In this document: in pieces, positions 1 through 13,059 of the stretch
Numbering within the stretch: position 1 is the stretch's first letter
Layout of the letters: each line of letters opens with the position of its first letter
Source: Halomicrobium mukohataei DSM 12286
Lineage (GTDB): Archaea > Halobacteriota > Halobacteria > Halobacteriales > Haloarculaceae
Direction: 5' to 3'
DNA length: 32,000 nt
Assembly (NCBI RefSeq): GCF_000023965.1
Contig: NC_013202.1
Coordinates: 2,610,001-2,642,000, forward strand
Program-made: the position numbers and the translations under genes
Notes under the pieces: model-generated
Told to the model about the DNA's origin: nothing
What the model saw: only the letters and a program-made list of their open reading frames with translations
Databases searched by the model: none

Positions 1-1
1 C

Positions 2-133
2 TCGCTGGTCGTCGTGGCGCATCTCGACACCGACGACGATCGGGTGCTGAACTACGGCGGCTTCGAGCGAGACCGGCCCTACCCCGCGCCGGGGCAAGGC
101 GAGTTCGTCGCCGTATCGGTCACAGTCGAGTAG
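2..133 (+). CDS. 3-prime end of an upstream CDS truncated by the window edge, product unknown
   Basis: Frame 2 is open from the edge to TAG at 131-133. It reads SLVVVAHLDTDDDRVLNYGGFERDRPYPAPGQGEFVAVSVTVE with GC-rich third positions. No recognisable motif. Confidence 0.4.
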   Translation, partial: SLVVVAHLDTDDDRVLNYGGFERDRPYPAPGQGEFVAVSVTVE

Positions 134-183
134 CCGACGCGCATCGAAGGGTGTTTGCGACACCGGATCGGTAGCCTCCGGTA

Positions 184-1845
184 ATGGAGTTCGCCGAGTT
201 CGCCGCGACGGCGGCCGAGATCGAGGGCGAGAGCGCCGACATCGCGACGACCGAGCTGGTGGCCGGGCTGCTCGCAGACGCCGACGAGGACCTCCCGATC
301 CTCACGCGGCTCGTGCAGGGACGGGTGTTCCCGGCCTACGAGGCGACGAAGCTCGACATCGGCCCGAAGCTGTGTTACGAGGCCCTGGCGCGGGCGGCGG
401 GCCGAAACGTCGCCGTCGACGACATCGAGGCCCGCGTCGCGGACGTGGGTGAGATCGGTGCCGTCGCGACCGAGCTCGACCTGGGCGGCCAGCAGGGACT
501 TGCCGCCTTCGGCGCTGGCTCGCAGTCGCCCCTGACCGTCGCCGAAGTGGCGGACGAACTCGCGGCCATCGCGTCGGCCAGCGGTTCGGGGAGCCACGAC
601 ACGAAAGTCGAGACGCTGTTTGGCCTGTTCAACCGCGCCAGCGACGCGGAGGCCCGCTACCTCGCCCGGATCGTCCTCTCGGAGATGCGGATCGGCGTCG
701 GCGAGGGGACGGTGCGCGACGCCATCGCGGCGGCCTTCGACGCGCCGGTCGACGCCGTCGAGAGCGCGCTACAGGTCACCAACGACTACGGGAACGTCGC
801 CCGGGTGGCCCGAGACGAGGGGGCCGACGGGCTGTCCGACCTCGAACTGACGATCGGACGGCCGGTCAAGGCGATGCTCGCACAGGCCGGCACCGTGACC
901 GAGGCCCTCGAAGACTGGGAGACCGCAGCGGTCGAGTGGAAGTACGACGGCGCGCGGGTCCAGGTCCACGACGACGGCGAGACGGTCCGGCTGTTCTCTC
1001 GGAACATGGAGGACGTGACCGATCCGCTGCCGGAGGTGGTGTCGGCCGTCGAGGACGCCGTCGACGGTCCGGCCATCCTCGACGGCGAGGTCGTCGCGGT
1101 CGACGGCGACGGCGATCCGCTCCCCTTCCAGGAGGTCCTGCGACGCTTCCGGCGCAAACACGACGTGGCCCGTGCCAGCGAGACCGTCGGCGTTCGCCTG
1201 CACGCGTTCGACTGCCTCCACGCCGACGGTCGCGACCTGCTGGACGCCCCCCTCGTCGACCGACGGGACGCGCTCGACGCGGTGCTTGGCGACACCGACG
1301 CCGTCCGGTCGACGTTCTGGCTCGCAGACGACACCGAACGGATCGAGGACATCGCCGACGAGGCGCTGGCCGCCGGCCACGAAGGGATCATGCTGAAAGA
1401 TCCCGACTCGACGTACTCCCCTGGCAAGCGGGGCAAACACTGGCGCAAGCGCAAGCCCGACGTGGAGACCCTCGACCTCGTCGTCACCGGTGCACAGTGG
1501 GGCGAGGGACGGCGAGCGACCTACCTGGGGACCTTCGAGCTGTCGGCCCGGACCGACGACGGCTACGCGCCCGTCGGCAACGTCGCGACCGGGATCACCG
1601 ACGAACAGCTGGCGACGCTGACGGAACTGCTGGAGCCACACGTCACCCGGGAGACCGGCCAGCGCGTCGAGATCGAACCGGCCGTCGTCTTCGAGGTCGG
1701 CTACGAGGAGATCCAGCGCTCGTCGACCTACGAGTCGGGGTACGCGCTCCGGTTCCCGCGGTTCGTCGAGATCCGCTCGGACAAAGCCGTCGCGGACGGC
1801 GACACGCTCGAACGGGTCGAGCGGCTGGCCGCCCGGCAGGGGTGA
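184..1845 (+). CDS. lig: ATP-dependent DNA ligase (archaeal/eukaryotic type)
   Basis: 553 aa. Adenylation motif I is present as EWKYDGARVQVH (KxDG lysine), followed by EGIMLK, a C-terminal OB-fold region, and the conserved LRFPRF motif near the C-terminus. Confidence 0.95.
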   Translation: MEFAEFAATAAEIEGESADIATTELVAGLLADADEDLPILTRLVQGRVFPAYEATKLDIGPKLCYEALARAAGRNVAVDDIEARVADVGEIGAVATELDLGGQQGLAAFGAGSQSPLTVAEVADELAAIASASGSGSHDTKVETLFGLFNRASDAEARYLARIVLSEMRIGVGEGTVRDAIAAAFDAPVDAVESALQVTNDYGNVARVARDEGADGLSDLELTIGRPVKAMLAQAGTVTEALEDWETAAVEWKYDGARVQVHDDGETVRLFSRNMEDVTDPLPEVVSAVEDAVDGPAILDGEVVAVDGDGDPLPFQEVLRRFRRKHDVARASETVGVRLHAFDCLHADGRDLLDAPLVDRRDALDAVLGDTDAVRSTFWLADDTERIEDIADEALAAGHEGIMLKDPDSTYSPGKRGKHWRKRKPDVETLDLVVTGAQWGEGRRATYLGTFELSARTDDGYAPVGNVATGITDEQLATLTELLEPHVTRETGQRVEIEPAVVFEVGYEEIQRSSTYESGYALRFPRFVEIRSDKAVADGDTLERVERLAARQG

Positions 1846-1895
1846 GGTGCCGGATAGATCTCCGCGATGACTCCGACCGTCGGCGTCACGGGCCA

Positions 1896-1901
1896 TTTAT
1901 A
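1896..1901 (+). promoter_or_regulatory. TATA-like box (TTTATA) about 28 nt upstream of the ATG at 1926
   Basis: TTTATA lies in an otherwise GC-rich spacer. The spacing fits a haloarchaeal leaderless or short-leader promoter. Confidence 0.4.
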
Positions 1902-1925
1902 CGCCGCTCGGCCGAACCGTGATCC

Positions 1926-2669
1926 ATGACCGTCCACTTCGAGGACATCACGCTGGACTGGCTTGGTTACGCGACCCTCCGGGTCGAGAGCGACGACACG
2001 ACGATCTACTTCGACCCGGGACGGTACGGCGTCCTCACGGGCGAGTGGGAACCCCACGTCGAGGGGATCAACCACCCGCCGACGCAGGACTACGACGCGC
2101 GGGACGGCGACGTCGTGCTTGTCACACACATCCACCACTACGACCCCGACGGCATCCGCCGGGTAGCGAGCGACGACGCCACGATCGTCCTCTTCGAGGG
2201 GATCGACGTCCACGCGACCGACCGCGACCTCGACCGGCCGGCCGATCTCGACTTCGAGGTCGTCGAGGTGGGCATGGAAGACGAACTCGTCGCCGCCGAC
2301 TGCCCGATCTGGACCGTGCCGGCCTACAACGAGGAAGACGGCCCGAACGTCGACGACGACGGCACGCCGATCCACCCCAGGGGGATCGGCTGTGGCTTCC
2401 TGGTCGAGATCGGCGGTGAGCGGGTCTTCTGGCCCGGCGACTCCGACGTGTTGCCCGGCCACGAGGAACTCGACGTGGACGTGTTCGTCCCGTCGATCGC
2501 GAAGCACTACACGATGGATCGCCACACGGCCGCCGACCTCGCGGCGGAGATGCGACCGGACTGCGTGGTGCCGATCCACTACAACACCTTCGAGTCCCTG
2601 GAGGGCGACGACGAGGCCTTCGCAGTCGACGTTGCGGGCCGTGGCGTGCCGGTCGCACTGGATCATTGA
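1926..2669 (+). CDS. Metallo-beta-lactamase-fold metal-dependent hydrolase
   Basis: 247 aa. Contains an HxHxD-type motif (VLVTHIHHYDPDG) and the later His/Asp residues typical of small MBL-fold hydrolases. Confidence 0.75.
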   Translation: MTVHFEDITLDWLGYATLRVESDDTTIYFDPGRYGVLTGEWEPHVEGINHPPTQDYDARDGDVVLVTHIHHYDPDGIRRVASDDATIVLFEGIDVHATDRDLDRPADLDFEVVEVGMEDELVAADCPIWTVPAYNEEDGPNVDDDGTPIHPRGIGCGFLVEIGGERVFWPGDSDVLPGHEELDVDVFVPSIAKHYTMDRHTAADLAAEMRPDCVVPIHYNTFESLEGDDEAFAVDVAGRGVPVALDH

Positions 2670-2741
2670 ACCTCGTTTCGGTCGCCCGCTTCCCTGCCGC
2701 GCCCGAAAGGGGGTTACACGACACACCCCTACGGAGAGTGC

Positions 2742-3428
2742 ATGACTACCGCACTGTTCATCGTCAGCGAAGAGGGCTACTGGGGCGAGGAGTGTATCGA
2801 GCCGCTCACGACGCTCACCGAGGCGGGCGTCGAGGTCACGGTCGCGACGCCGACGGGGAACCCACCCGTGATCGACGAGCGATCGATCGACCCCGAGGAG
2901 GTCGGCGAGGAGACCGCCGAACGCGTCACGAGCGTGGCAGAGAGCGACGACCGCCTCAACGATCCGATCGCGCTGGCCGACGCCGACGCCCAAGAGTACG
3001 ACGCCGTCGTCTTCCCCGGCGGCCACGGTGCCGAGTGGGACGTGACTCAGGACGTACACGCCCGTGACGCGCTCCGTACCGCCGTCGAGGGCGAGGAGGG
3101 GACGGCGCTGGTCGTCTGTCACGCTGTCGGCATCCTCGCGTTCACCCGCGACGCCGACGGCGAGTTCCTCGTCGACGGCCGATCAGTCACCGGCTTCCCC
3201 AACGCCTGGGAGGAGGGGATCGTCGACGAGCAGGACCTGCTGCCCGACGGCCGCAAGCTCCCGTACTGGGTCGAGGACGAAGTAGTGGCCGCTGGTGGCG
3301 TCTGGGACGCCGAACTCGACGCCGACACGTCGGTGACCGTCGACGGCGATCTCGTCACCGCACGAGGGCCGCCCTCCTCACACGCCGCGGCGGTGACGCT
3401 ACTGGACGAGATCGGGATCGAAGCGTAA
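2742..3428 (+). CDS. DJ-1/PfpI family (type 1 glutamine amidotransferase-like) protein
   Basis: 228 aa. Has the nucleophile-elbow Cys-His (LVVCHAVGILA), a preceding VVFPGGHG motif, and a flavodoxin-like N-terminal strand. Confidence 0.8.
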   Translation: MTTALFIVSEEGYWGEECIEPLTTLTEAGVEVTVATPTGNPPVIDERSIDPEEVGEETAERVTSVAESDDRLNDPIALADADAQEYDAVVFPGGHGAEWDVTQDVHARDALRTAVEGEEGTALVVCHAVGILAFTRDADGEFLVDGRSVTGFPNAWEEGIVDEQDLLPDGRKLPYWVEDEVVAAGGVWDAELDADTSVTVDGDLVTARGPPSSHAAAVTLLDEIGIEA

Positions 3429-3469
3429 TCGCGGCCAGACGGCCACCGCAGTCGATTCACGCGGCGAGA

Positions 3470-3688
3470 TCATCCCGCCCAGTTCCGCGGATCGAGCGCG
3501 TAGTAGACGGCGGTCATCGTGAGCGCCATCAGTACCGCATCGACGAAGAGACGGTCCCCACCGATCACCAGGCCGGCGACGAAGACACCGCCTCCGGTGA
3601 GTACACCCGTCAGCACTGCGTAGCCACCGCGCGATCGGTTCTCGATCCACCCGTTCACGCGGCCGGAGAGCGACCGGTCAGAGGGCAT
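3470..3688 (-). CDS. Small hypothetical membrane protein (two predicted TM helices)
   Basis: 72 aa with high GC3 in this frame and two hydrophobic stretches (YAVLTGVLTGGGVFVAGLVIGG and AVLMALTMTAVYYAL). Lies just downstream of top6A on the same strand. Confidence 0.5.
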   Translation of the reverse strand: MPSDRSLSGRVNGWIENRSRGGYAVLTGVLTGGGVFVAGLVIGGDRLFVDAVLMALTMTAVYYALDPRNWAG

Positions 3689-3764
3689 CTACGAGGTCAC
3701 AGCGCGCCCGCTCGCATCAGCCTTTCGAGCGTCAGGTCGAGAATGGATAGTCGGTGTGTCGGAC

Positions 3765-4865
3765 CTACAGCACGCCCATCTCGGTCAGCCGTTCAGGAAG
3801 ATACGTGTCGGTCACGAAGTCGAGACCCCGCGAGGCCAGTGCCTGCTGTTCGGACTTCTTCCCGATGTCGAGCTGGAGCTCGATCTGTTCCTCCCAGAAC
3901 TCCGTCTGGAAGCGTGGGTCCTCCAGTTCCGATTCGAGGGCGTTGATGTCGGAGTCCGAGAGCGGATCGGTCGGCAGGTCGTACTCGACGATGTCCTCCG
4001 GTCGAATACCGATGAACTGGGCTTCCGGCGTCGCGAGGTACTCAGAGAGGTGGGCCGACTTGATCGAGCCGTAGGCGACAGAGCCGTAGATGCGGTACGA
4101 CCACGGGTCGCCGTCAGTGAAGACCACGACTGGCAGGTCGAGTTCGTCGTGAAGTCGCTTGGTCAGTCGCCGGGTCGCGCGGGCGGGCTGGCCGCCCAGG
4201 TGGACGACGATCGAGTCGTACTCGTCGTCGAAGCCGTTCTCGACGAGCCGATCACGCATCCCGCCGGTCTCGACACAGAGGACGAAGTCGGCGTCGTTGT
4301 CGAGGAACTCGATGGTGTCTGGGTTGTTGGGGATCTGGTAGCCGCCCTGGCCCACGTCGTCCTGGCAGTGGATCTCGCGGTCGCCCCGCCTGGTCTGCTC
4401 GCGCAACAGCAGCGGTCCCATCACCTTCGCGCCCGACTCCTCTGGGCGCATGTGGAAGTCCTCGCGTTTGACCTCCGAGACGATCTCCAAGTCCTCGATG
4501 AGGTTGTTCGACTCGTCCTGGGTGTTGAACTGGGCCTCGTCGAGGTCCCACGACTCGGAGAGATAGTACAGTTCACGCAGGGTCGACGAGCGGTCCTCTT
4601 CGAGTTGCTGTGCGAGGAAGTCGATGGTGTAGGTCGCCTTCAGGAGCTTCTGGGCACCCGAGACGGTCTTTGCCGACCGCGTCGAGGAGCGGTCGCCGTA
4701 CACCCACACGTCCTTGTCCTCGTCGTACTCGATGTTGGACTTCGTCCGGGTGGGGATCTGCATCGTCGGCACGTCGCCTTCGGCGAACTGGTCGTAAAAG
4801 TCCGCCGCGAGGTCGAGTAGCTGTTCGCGGGCTTCTGCCTCGTTGAGGTTGCTGTCAGTACTCAT
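3765..4865 (-). CDS. top6A: DNA topoisomerase VI subunit A (Spo11-like)
   Basis: 366 aa. Catalytic tyrosine context is LRELYYLSE, and the Toprim acidic cluster is [14 protein letters not shown]. The start lies 3 nt after the top6B stop. Confidence 0.95.
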   Translation of the reverse strand: MSTDSNLNEAEAREQLLDLAADFYDQFAEGDVPTMQIPTRTKSNIEYDEDKDVWVYGDRSSTRSAKTVSGAQKLLKATYTIDFLAQQLEEDRSSTLRELYYLSESWDLDEAQFNTQDESNNLIEDLEIVSEVKREDFHMRPEESGAKVMGPLLLREQTRRGDREIHCQDDVGQGGYQIPNNPDTIEFLDNDADFVLCVETGGMRDRLVENGFDDEYDSIVVHLGGQPARATRRLTKRLHDELDLPVVVFTDGDPWSYRIYGSVAYGSIKSAHLSEYLATPEAQFIGIRPEDIVEYDLPTDPLSDSDINALESELEDPRFQTEFWEEQIELQLDIGKKSEQQALASRGLDFVTDTYLPERLTEMGVL

Positions 4866-4868
4866 AGA

Positions 4869-7292
4869 TTACGCGTTCACCGTCAGTTTCTCGTCTTCGA
4901 CGCCGTCGACCGCGATGTCGAATTCGGCGTCGCCGTCGATCCGATACTCCAGGACTGCGTCGTCGCCGGCAGCGACGGTCGTCTGCCACTTGACGAACCA
5001 CTCGCCGTCCATCTCGACGACGTTCGCGCCGTTCGTGGCCTGCGGTTCGGCCGTGACGATGTCCGTCAGGTCGATGTCGGCGTTGGTGTCGTCGTTGTTC
5101 TCGACGACGACCCGGACCGTATCGCCTTCGACCTCGCGCTCGACGAGGACGTTGTTCATGATGCGGGCCATCGAGTCGTCGATGTCCAGTCGCTCGTTGC
5201 CCGTCACCGTCGCGAGCTTCTCGGCCATCTCGGGGAGGATCGTCGCGAGCTTGTTCTCTTTCTTCCGGCGCTTTTGCATCGACCGGCGCTTGTTGAGGTA
5301 GCTCTTTAGCTCCCGTGCGGCCTCGCGGATCGCCAGCTCGATCTCGGACTCGATCTCCGGGATGTTGGCGACGGCGTCCTTGGACTCGCTGGTGAAGGGG
5401 ACGTTCGTCGAGGCGATGTGGACCATGACGACTGCGGCGTCGTTGGGGATGCCGCTACCCCCCGGCTGGTCGAGGCCGTAGTTGCGCCAGTTGATGGACT
5501 TGACCACGTCGGTCGTCGCGCACGCACCGCGCTGATACACGAGCGGGACGCGGTTGGCAAAGCGCATCACCTGCGCCTGATCGTGTTCGATGTCGCCGCC
5601 GTAGGCGATGCCGGCCTCGACGATGAACGGGTCGCCGCCGTGGACGGAGGCGTCCCGGGTGGAGGCGGCGAAGAAGTCCGCGTCGAACTCCTTTTTCAGC
5701 CCGGCCTCGACGAGCTCGGCCGTGATCGGCGCGAGACAGTCCGTCGGCGGCGCGATGATGTCGGCCTCGCGCATCGCCTCCAGCAGGTCGCTGGTGGTGT
5801 CCCGGTCGTCGGCGATCTCGCTGACGTTGGGCGGATCGTCGGAGACCCGCGCGGCGACCTCCCAGAGGGCGTCGACGATCTTCTCGCGGGCGGTCTCGCC
5901 GAAGGTCGCGTCGTCCATGTCCTCGGTCATCTCGGCCGCGCGGTCGACGTAGTCTTCGAGCGCTGCGTACGTGACGCGGTTGGAGCCGTCGTCGAACTTG
6001 TCCGCGATTCGCTCGGCGATGCCCTGCACCGCGGCGTCGTCCTTTCGCGTCGTCGTGACCTCGTCGACGAGTTCGTACACGTCCGGCGTTCGATCGGCGG
6101 TGATCTCGCTCCACGCCGCCTCGATGGCGGCCTCGCGGACGGTGTCGCCGAAGGTCTTCTCGTAGTCGTCCTCGATCCGGTCGGCGTGGTCGTCGACGAT
6201 CGCTTCGAGGCGACCGTGGGAGACCCGACCGGCCTCCGAGACGGCGCTGGCGACCGCGTCGGCGAACTCCGCGGTGGCGTCTTTGCCCTTGTTCGAGACG
6301 GCCTGCTGGACCGCGCGTGCGACGTCCATTTCGACGGCTTCGCCGTCTCCATCTCGTTGTCCCGTCGGGACAACGCTGTCCTCGTGGCTCTGGGGCCCGT
6401 ACCACGACATCTCGCGGCCGTAGTGGCGGTCGTTGAAGTTCGCGATGACGTCGTCGCTGGTCTTCTGGCCCACCCGGGTGAACTCGCCCTGCATGAACCC
6501 GGAGACGGAGTACGAGTCGGTCGACTCCAGCATCTTCAGCAGCGTGCCGAGTTCGACGCCGTGGGGGTGGGGACGGATCTCCTCGGTCTCGTCTGGGAGC
6601 TGGTCGGTCGTTCGTTCGTACTTGAGGTGTTCCTTTGGCTCGACGAGTTCGATGCGGGCGTGGGGGTTGACCACCGCCGTGTGCTTGATGTAGTCGTGGA
6701 GCTGCTGGCGGGCCCGCATGTTCGCCTCCATCTCCAGTTCGATGCGGGTGCCGTGGGGCCGTTCCCAGGTCGTCGTGTCCTCGACGCTGATCTCGGGTTC
6801 GTTGGCGTCCGTGTCGACGATCAGCTCGAAGTACTGGGCGTCTGCGTGCTGCTCGGTTCGGCTGGTGATCTTCGCCGGCTTGCCGCTGGTCTTCTGGGAG
6901 TGGAGGACGGCCGCCGAGATACCGATCCCCTGCTGTCCCCGGTTCTGCTCGCGCTTGTGAAAGCGCGAGCCGTAGAGCAGCTTCCCGAAGATGTTGGGGA
7001 TCTGTTCTCGGGTGATGCCGGGGCCGTTGTCTTCGACGATGAGCCGGTAGTAGTCTCCGGCTTCCTGAATTTCGACGTAGATGTCGGGGGTGATCCCGGC
7101 CTCCTCACAGGCGTCGAGCGCGTTGTCGACCGCCTCCTTGACGGCCGTGACGAGCGCCTTGGCCCCCGAGTCGAACCCGAGCATCTGCCTGTTCTTCTCG
7201 AAGAACTCGGCGATGGAGATGGATCGCTGGCTCTCGGCCAGCTCGTCGGCGATCCCTTCTCCTTCCCCGAGGCGAGACTGATACGAGGTCAT
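4869..7292 (-). CDS. top6B: DNA topoisomerase VI subunit B (GHKL ATPase)
   Basis: 807 aa. Bergerat-fold boxes are [17 protein letters not shown] and GQQGIG, followed by a transducer region and a C-terminal beta-rich domain. Forms an operon with top6A. Confidence 0.95.
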   Translation of the reverse strand: MTSYQSRLGEGEGIADELAESQRSISIAEFFEKNRQMLGFDSGAKALVTAVKEAVDNALDACEEAGITPDIYVEIQEAGDYYRLIVEDNGPGITREQIPNIFGKLLYGSRFHKREQNRGQQGIGISAAVLHSQKTSGKPAKITSRTEQHADAQYFELIVDTDANEPEISVEDTTTWERPHGTRIELEMEANMRARQQLHDYIKHTAVVNPHARIELVEPKEHLKYERTTDQLPDETEEIRPHPHGVELGTLLKMLESTDSYSVSGFMQGEFTRVGQKTSDDVIANFNDRHYGREMSWYGPQSHEDSVVPTGQRDGDGEAVEMDVARAVQQAVSNKGKDATAEFADAVASAVSEAGRVSHGRLEAIVDDHADRIEDDYEKTFGDTVREAAIEAAWSEITADRTPDVYELVDEVTTTRKDDAAVQGIAERIADKFDDGSNRVTYAALEDYVDRAAEMTEDMDDATFGETAREKIVDALWEVAARVSDDPPNVSEIADDRDTTSDLLEAMREADIIAPPTDCLAPITAELVEAGLKKEFDADFFAASTRDASVHGGDPFIVEAGIAYGGDIEHDQAQVMRFANRVPLVYQRGACATTDVVKSINWRNYGLDQPGGSGIPNDAAVVMVHIASTNVPFTSESKDAVANIPEIESEIELAIREAARELKSYLNKRRSMQKRRKKENKLATILPEMAEKLATVTGNERLDIDDSMARIMNNVLVEREVEGDTVRVVVENNDDTNADIDLTDIVTAEPQATNGANVVEMDGEWFVKWQTTVAAGDDAVLEYRIDGDAEFDIAVDGVEDEKLTVNA

Positions 7293-7319
7293 TCGTGGCG
7301 ATACGTATCAGCGGGCGCG

Positions 7320-7327
7320 TTATAAGG
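7320..7327 (-). promoter_or_regulatory. TATA-like box for top6B (CCTTATAA on the minus strand)
   Basis: About 30 nt upstream of the top6B ATG at 7292, in the 238-bp divergent spacer. Confidence 0.4.
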
Positions 7328-7374
7328 TGTTCGCCACCGGAGTGAAAGTGATCGCCCCGCCCACACTACCGTGA

Positions 7375-9456
<2,082 letters not shown>

Positions 9457-9457
9457 C

Positions 9458-11917
9458 ATGAGTTCTGAAGCACCTGACCCCGACGATCCGCAGGCGGCAT
9501 CGCGCGTCGACCGCGTCCGCATCGAGGACGAGATGGAACAGAGCTACATCGACTACGCGATGAGCGTCATCGCCGGTCGTGCGCTCCCGGACGTTCGCGA
9601 CGGGCTCAAGCCCGTCCACCGCCGGATCCTCTACGCGATGCACGAGATGGGCGTCTCCTCGCGCTCGGCTCACCGCAAGTCCTCCTCGATCGTCGGGGAG
9701 ACGATGGGTGATTACCACCCCCACGGAGACAGCGCGATCTACGACACACTCGTCCGGATGGCCCAGCCGTTCTCGATGCGGTATCCGCTCGTGGACGGAC
9801 AGGGGAACTTCGGCTCGATGGACGGCGACCCCGCGGCCGCGATGCGCTACACCGAGGCCCGGATGTCGCCGATCTCTGAGGAGTTGCTCGCCGACATCGA
9901 GAAAGACACCGTCGACTTCCAGTCGAACTACGACGACCGACTCCGGGAGCCGGAGGTCCTGCCGTCGGCGATGCCGAACCTGCTGGTCAACGGTTCCTCG
10001 GGAATCGCCGTCGGGATGTCGACGAACATCCCACCACACAACCTCGGCGAGGTGATCGACGCGACGGTCCACCTCATCGACAACCCCGACTGCGAGGTCG
10101 AGGACCTGATGGACCACGTCAAGGGACCGGACTTCCCGACCGGCGGCAACATCGTCGGCAAGGACGCCATCTACTCGGCGTACGCGACGGGTCGCGGTCG
10201 CCTCCGCGTCCGGGCGGACTACGAGGTCGATCCCGAGGAGAACCGGATCGTCGTCACCGAGATCCCGTACCAGGAGAACAAGGCCCGGATGGTCGAGCGG
10301 ATCGCCGAAGACGTCAACGAGGGCGTCATCGAGGGGATCGCGGACCTCCGCGACGAGTCGGACCGCAACGGCGTCCGCATCGTCGTCGAGCTCAAGCGCG
10401 GCGCGAACGTCGACGTGGTCGAGAACCAGCTCTTAGAGAGCCACCTCGAATCGACCTTCGGCGTCATCAACCTCGCCTTAGTCGACGACGAGCCCCGCGT
10501 GCTCACGCTCAAAGAGACGCTCGAACACTACGTCGCGCATCGCAAGGAGGTCGTGCGTCGGCGCTCGCAGTTCGAACTCGACGAGGCTCAGGACCGCGCA
10601 CACATCCTCGAAGGTCGCCTGAAGGCGCTGCAAAACGTCGACGACGTGGTCGAGCTGATCCAGGACTCGGAGGACCGCGACGAGGCGCGCACCGAGCTAC
10701 GGAGCCAGTTCGACTTCTCCGAGGAACAGGCGGCCCACATCGTCCGGATGCAGCTTGGCTCGCTCACGTCGATGGAGACCGCGGAGATCGAGTCGGAGTA
10801 CGAGGACGTACAGGCCCGAATCGAACGGCTCCAGACGATCCTCGACTCCGAGGACGAACTGCTGACGGTCATCAAAGACGAGCTCCGCGAGATCAAAGCG
10901 GAGTACGACGACGACCGCAAGACCTCGATCCTCGAAGCCGAGGGCGAGGTCACCCACGAGGATCTCATCCCCGAGGAAGACTGCGTCGTCGTCATCACGG
11001 AAGACGACTACATCAAGCGGATGCCCGTCGACGCCTTCGACGCCCAGAACCGGGGCGGCAAGGGGATCATCGGCTCGGACCCCAAGGACGGCGACCGCGT
11101 CTCGAAGGTCTTCCGGGCGAACAGCCACGACTACCTGCTCTGTTTCACCAATCAGGGACAGGTCTATCGCCTGAAGACCTACGAGATTCCGGAGATGTCC
11201 CGCACCGCCAGGGGCAAGTCGGCGGTCAACATCATCGACCTCGGCGACGACGAGGAGATCACCGCCGTGGTCTCGACGGACGACTTCGAGGAAGACGAGT
11301 GCCTGACGATGGTCACTCGTAACGGCTACGTCAAGCGCACCTGCGTCGACGAGTTCGAGAACATCCTCTCGACGGGGATCATCGCCGCGAAGCTCGAAGA
11401 CGGCGACGCACTGGTCGACGTGGAGGTCACCGACGACAGCGGCGATCTGGTCGTCGCCACCGAGGGCGGGATGACGATCCGCTTCGACGAGTCGGAGGTC
11501 CGCGAGATGGGACGCTCGGCCCGCGGTGTCCGCGGGATCGACCTGCAAGACGGCGACAAGGTGGCTGCGATGGTCGCGACGGACGACCACGACGACCGCG
11601 CACTCCTGACCGTCACCGAGAACGGGTACGGGAAGCGCACCCTCCTCGCCGAGTACAGCAAACAGTCCCGCTACGGCAAGGGCCTGATCGACATCAAGAC
11701 CGACGATCGCAACGGCCGCGTCGCGACGGCGAAGGCGGTCCGCGAGGACGACCACCTCGTCATCATGAGCGAGAGCGGCCAGATCATGCGCATCCCCGCG
11801 GGCGACGTGTCACAGGTCGGCCGCAACACGAAGGGCGTCAAGATCATGGCACTCGACGGGGTGGACAACGTGGCGAGCGTGACGGTAGTGCCCGCCGAGG
11901 TCGAAAACGACGAGTAG
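9458..11917 (+). CDS. gyrA: DNA gyrase subunit A
   Basis: 819 aa. Contains the active-site AAMRYTE tyrosine, HPHGD, and C-terminal beta-pinwheel repeats. The ATG lies 1 nt after the gyrB TAA. Confidence 0.95.
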   Translation: MSSEAPDPDDPQAASRVDRVRIEDEMEQSYIDYAMSVIAGRALPDVRDGLKPVHRRILYAMHEMGVSSRSAHRKSSSIVGETMGDYHPHGDSAIYDTLVRMAQPFSMRYPLVDGQGNFGSMDGDPAAAMRYTEARMSPISEELLADIEKDTVDFQSNYDDRLREPEVLPSAMPNLLVNGSSGIAVGMSTNIPPHNLGEVIDATVHLIDNPDCEVEDLMDHVKGPDFPTGGNIVGKDAIYSAYATGRGRLRVRADYEVDPEENRIVVTEIPYQENKARMVERIAEDVNEGVIEGIADLRDESDRNGVRIVVELKRGANVDVVENQLLESHLESTFGVINLALVDDEPRVLTLKETLEHYVAHRKEVVRRRSQFELDEAQDRAHILEGRLKALQNVDDVVELIQDSEDRDEARTELRSQFDFSEEQAAHIVRMQLGSLTSMETAEIESEYEDVQARIERLQTILDSEDELLTVIKDELREIKAEYDDDRKTSILEAEGEVTHEDLIPEEDCVVVITEDDYIKRMPVDAFDAQNRGGKGIIGSDPKDGDRVSKVFRANSHDYLLCFTNQGQVYRLKTYEIPEMSRTARGKSAVNIIDLGDDEEITAVVSTDDFEEDECLTMVTRNGYVKRTCVDEFENILSTGIIAAKLEDGDALVDVEVTDDSGDLVVATEGGMTIRFDESEVREMGRSARGVRGIDLQDGDKVAAMVATDDHDDRALLTVTENGYGKRTLLAEYSKQSRYGKGLIDIKTDDRNGRVATAKAVREDDHLVIMSESGQIMRIPAGDVSQVGRNTKGVKIMALDGVDNVASVTVVPAEVENDE

Positions 11918-12008
11918 CACGCGGGCCGCTAGGCAACGCCATCTTTTGGCGGATATACTGACACAAAAAAGCGTGGTATGAAGTCGCTGCGCTACGAGAG
12001 GGAAACGA

Positions 12009-13055
12009 ATGCCAGAGGTTCCGCGCCACAAGAGCAAACACGAACGGCTGGCCGCCCACCCGCTCGTCACCGACGAGGGGCACGTGACGCTCGTCGAGCC
12101 ACTGGACCGGAGCCGGAACGGCGAAGTCCGTAGCGCCGTGCGGCGGGAGGTAGCGGCCGCGGGCGTCGACTGCCAGCTCGCTGACTTTCGCAGCGGCTCC
12201 GATGTCGACTGGCCGGGACTGTACGAGGCGCTGCGTGCCGAGGGCGCGTCGCGCCGACGGATCGGAGCCGTACGAGACCTCGCCGATCGGTTCGAACGTC
12301 CGTATCCGTCGCTGCTGCGACTGCGCGTCGATCCCGACACGGAACTGGACTTCGAGCCGGGGCAGTACGTCACGCTGCGCAGCGGCGACACGCCGCGGGC
12401 GTACTCGCTCGCGAACACGCCAGCGGAGCACGAACTGGAGTTCTGTATCCGGCGTGTGCCCGGCGGACGGCTCACCAGCGAACTGTTCGTCCACGTCGAG
12501 GAAGGCGACGAGGTGGTCGTCCGCGGTCCCTACGGCGAGATGGCCCTCTCGAACCCTTCCAGCCGGGACGTGGTCTTTCTCGCGACCGGCACCGGCGTCG
12601 CTCCGTTTCGCAGTATGATCGAACACCTCTTCGCGACCGGGCAAGACACCTATCGAGGTACGGAGCGGGACGTGTGGCTGTTTCTCGGCTGTGCGTGGCG
12701 CGACGACCTACCGTATCGCGAGTGGTTCGAGTCGCTGGCCGAGAACCACGAGCGGTTTCACTTCGTCCCGACGCTGACGCGGGAGCCGCTCCTGAGCGAC
12801 TGGACCGGCGAAGTCGACTACGTCCAGCGGGTGTTCGCGAAGTACCTCGACGGGGAGGCGGTCGATCGCACGTCGGTTCCGCGGTCGATGCAGCGGTACG
12901 TCGAGGCAGAGCCCGTGGGGACGCAGGCTCGGCTCGACCCCGACGACCTCGACCTGTACGCCTGTGGGATCAACGCCATGGTCGAGACGCTCGTCCGGAC
13001 GGCACGGTCGGTCGGCGTCCCGGAGACACACATGGACTACGAAGGGTTCGGGTAA
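12009..13055 (+). CDS. FNR-like FAD/NAD(P)-binding oxidoreductase with an N-terminal extension of about 100 aa
   Basis: 348 aa. FAD-binding RAYSLAN (RxYS) is followed by the NAD(P)-binding GTGVAPFRSM. High GC3 supports the 12009 start frame. Confidence 0.75.
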   Translation: MPEVPRHKSKHERLAAHPLVTDEGHVTLVEPLDRSRNGEVRSAVRREVAAAGVDCQLADFRSGSDVDWPGLYEALRAEGASRRRIGAVRDLADRFERPYPSLLRLRVDPDTELDFEPGQYVTLRSGDTPRAYSLANTPAEHELEFCIRRVPGGRLTSELFVHVEEGDEVVVRGPYGEMALSNPSSRDVVFLATGTGVAPFRSMIEHLFATGQDTYRGTERDVWLFLGCAWRDDLPYREWFESLAENHERFHFVPTLTREPLLSDWTGEVDYVQRVFAKYLDGEAVDRTSVPRSMQRYVEAEPVGTQARLDPDDLDLYACGINAMVETLVRTARSVGVPETHMDYEGFG

Positions 13056-13059
13056 GGGT

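Noticed and set aside
769-1896. 375-aa and 233-aa minus-strand ORFs and a 328-aa plus-strand alternate-frame ORF inside the DNA ligase gene
   Set aside because: They are Arg/Pro/Ser-rich, have no recognisable domains, and lie wholly within a well-supported CDS. They are high-GC frame shadows.
5418-7325. 635-aa ORF on the plus strand covering almost all of top6B
   Set aside because: It is antisense to a gene with unmistakable GHKL motifs. Its translation is a low-complexity Arg/Val/Gly/Asp-rich string with no motifs. This is the typical shadow ORF of high-GC DNA, where stop codons are rare in all frames.
11978-12133. 51-codon ORF starting at an ATG positioned ideally (about 24 nt) downstream of the GATATACT box, out of frame with the FNR-like gene
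   Set aside because: The translation is Arg-rich (MKSLRYERETNARGSAPQEQTRTAGRPPARHRR...) and third-position GC collapses after the first few codons. The 12009 frame has strong GC3 bias. It is probably just the 5-prime UTR of the oxidoreductase mRNA.
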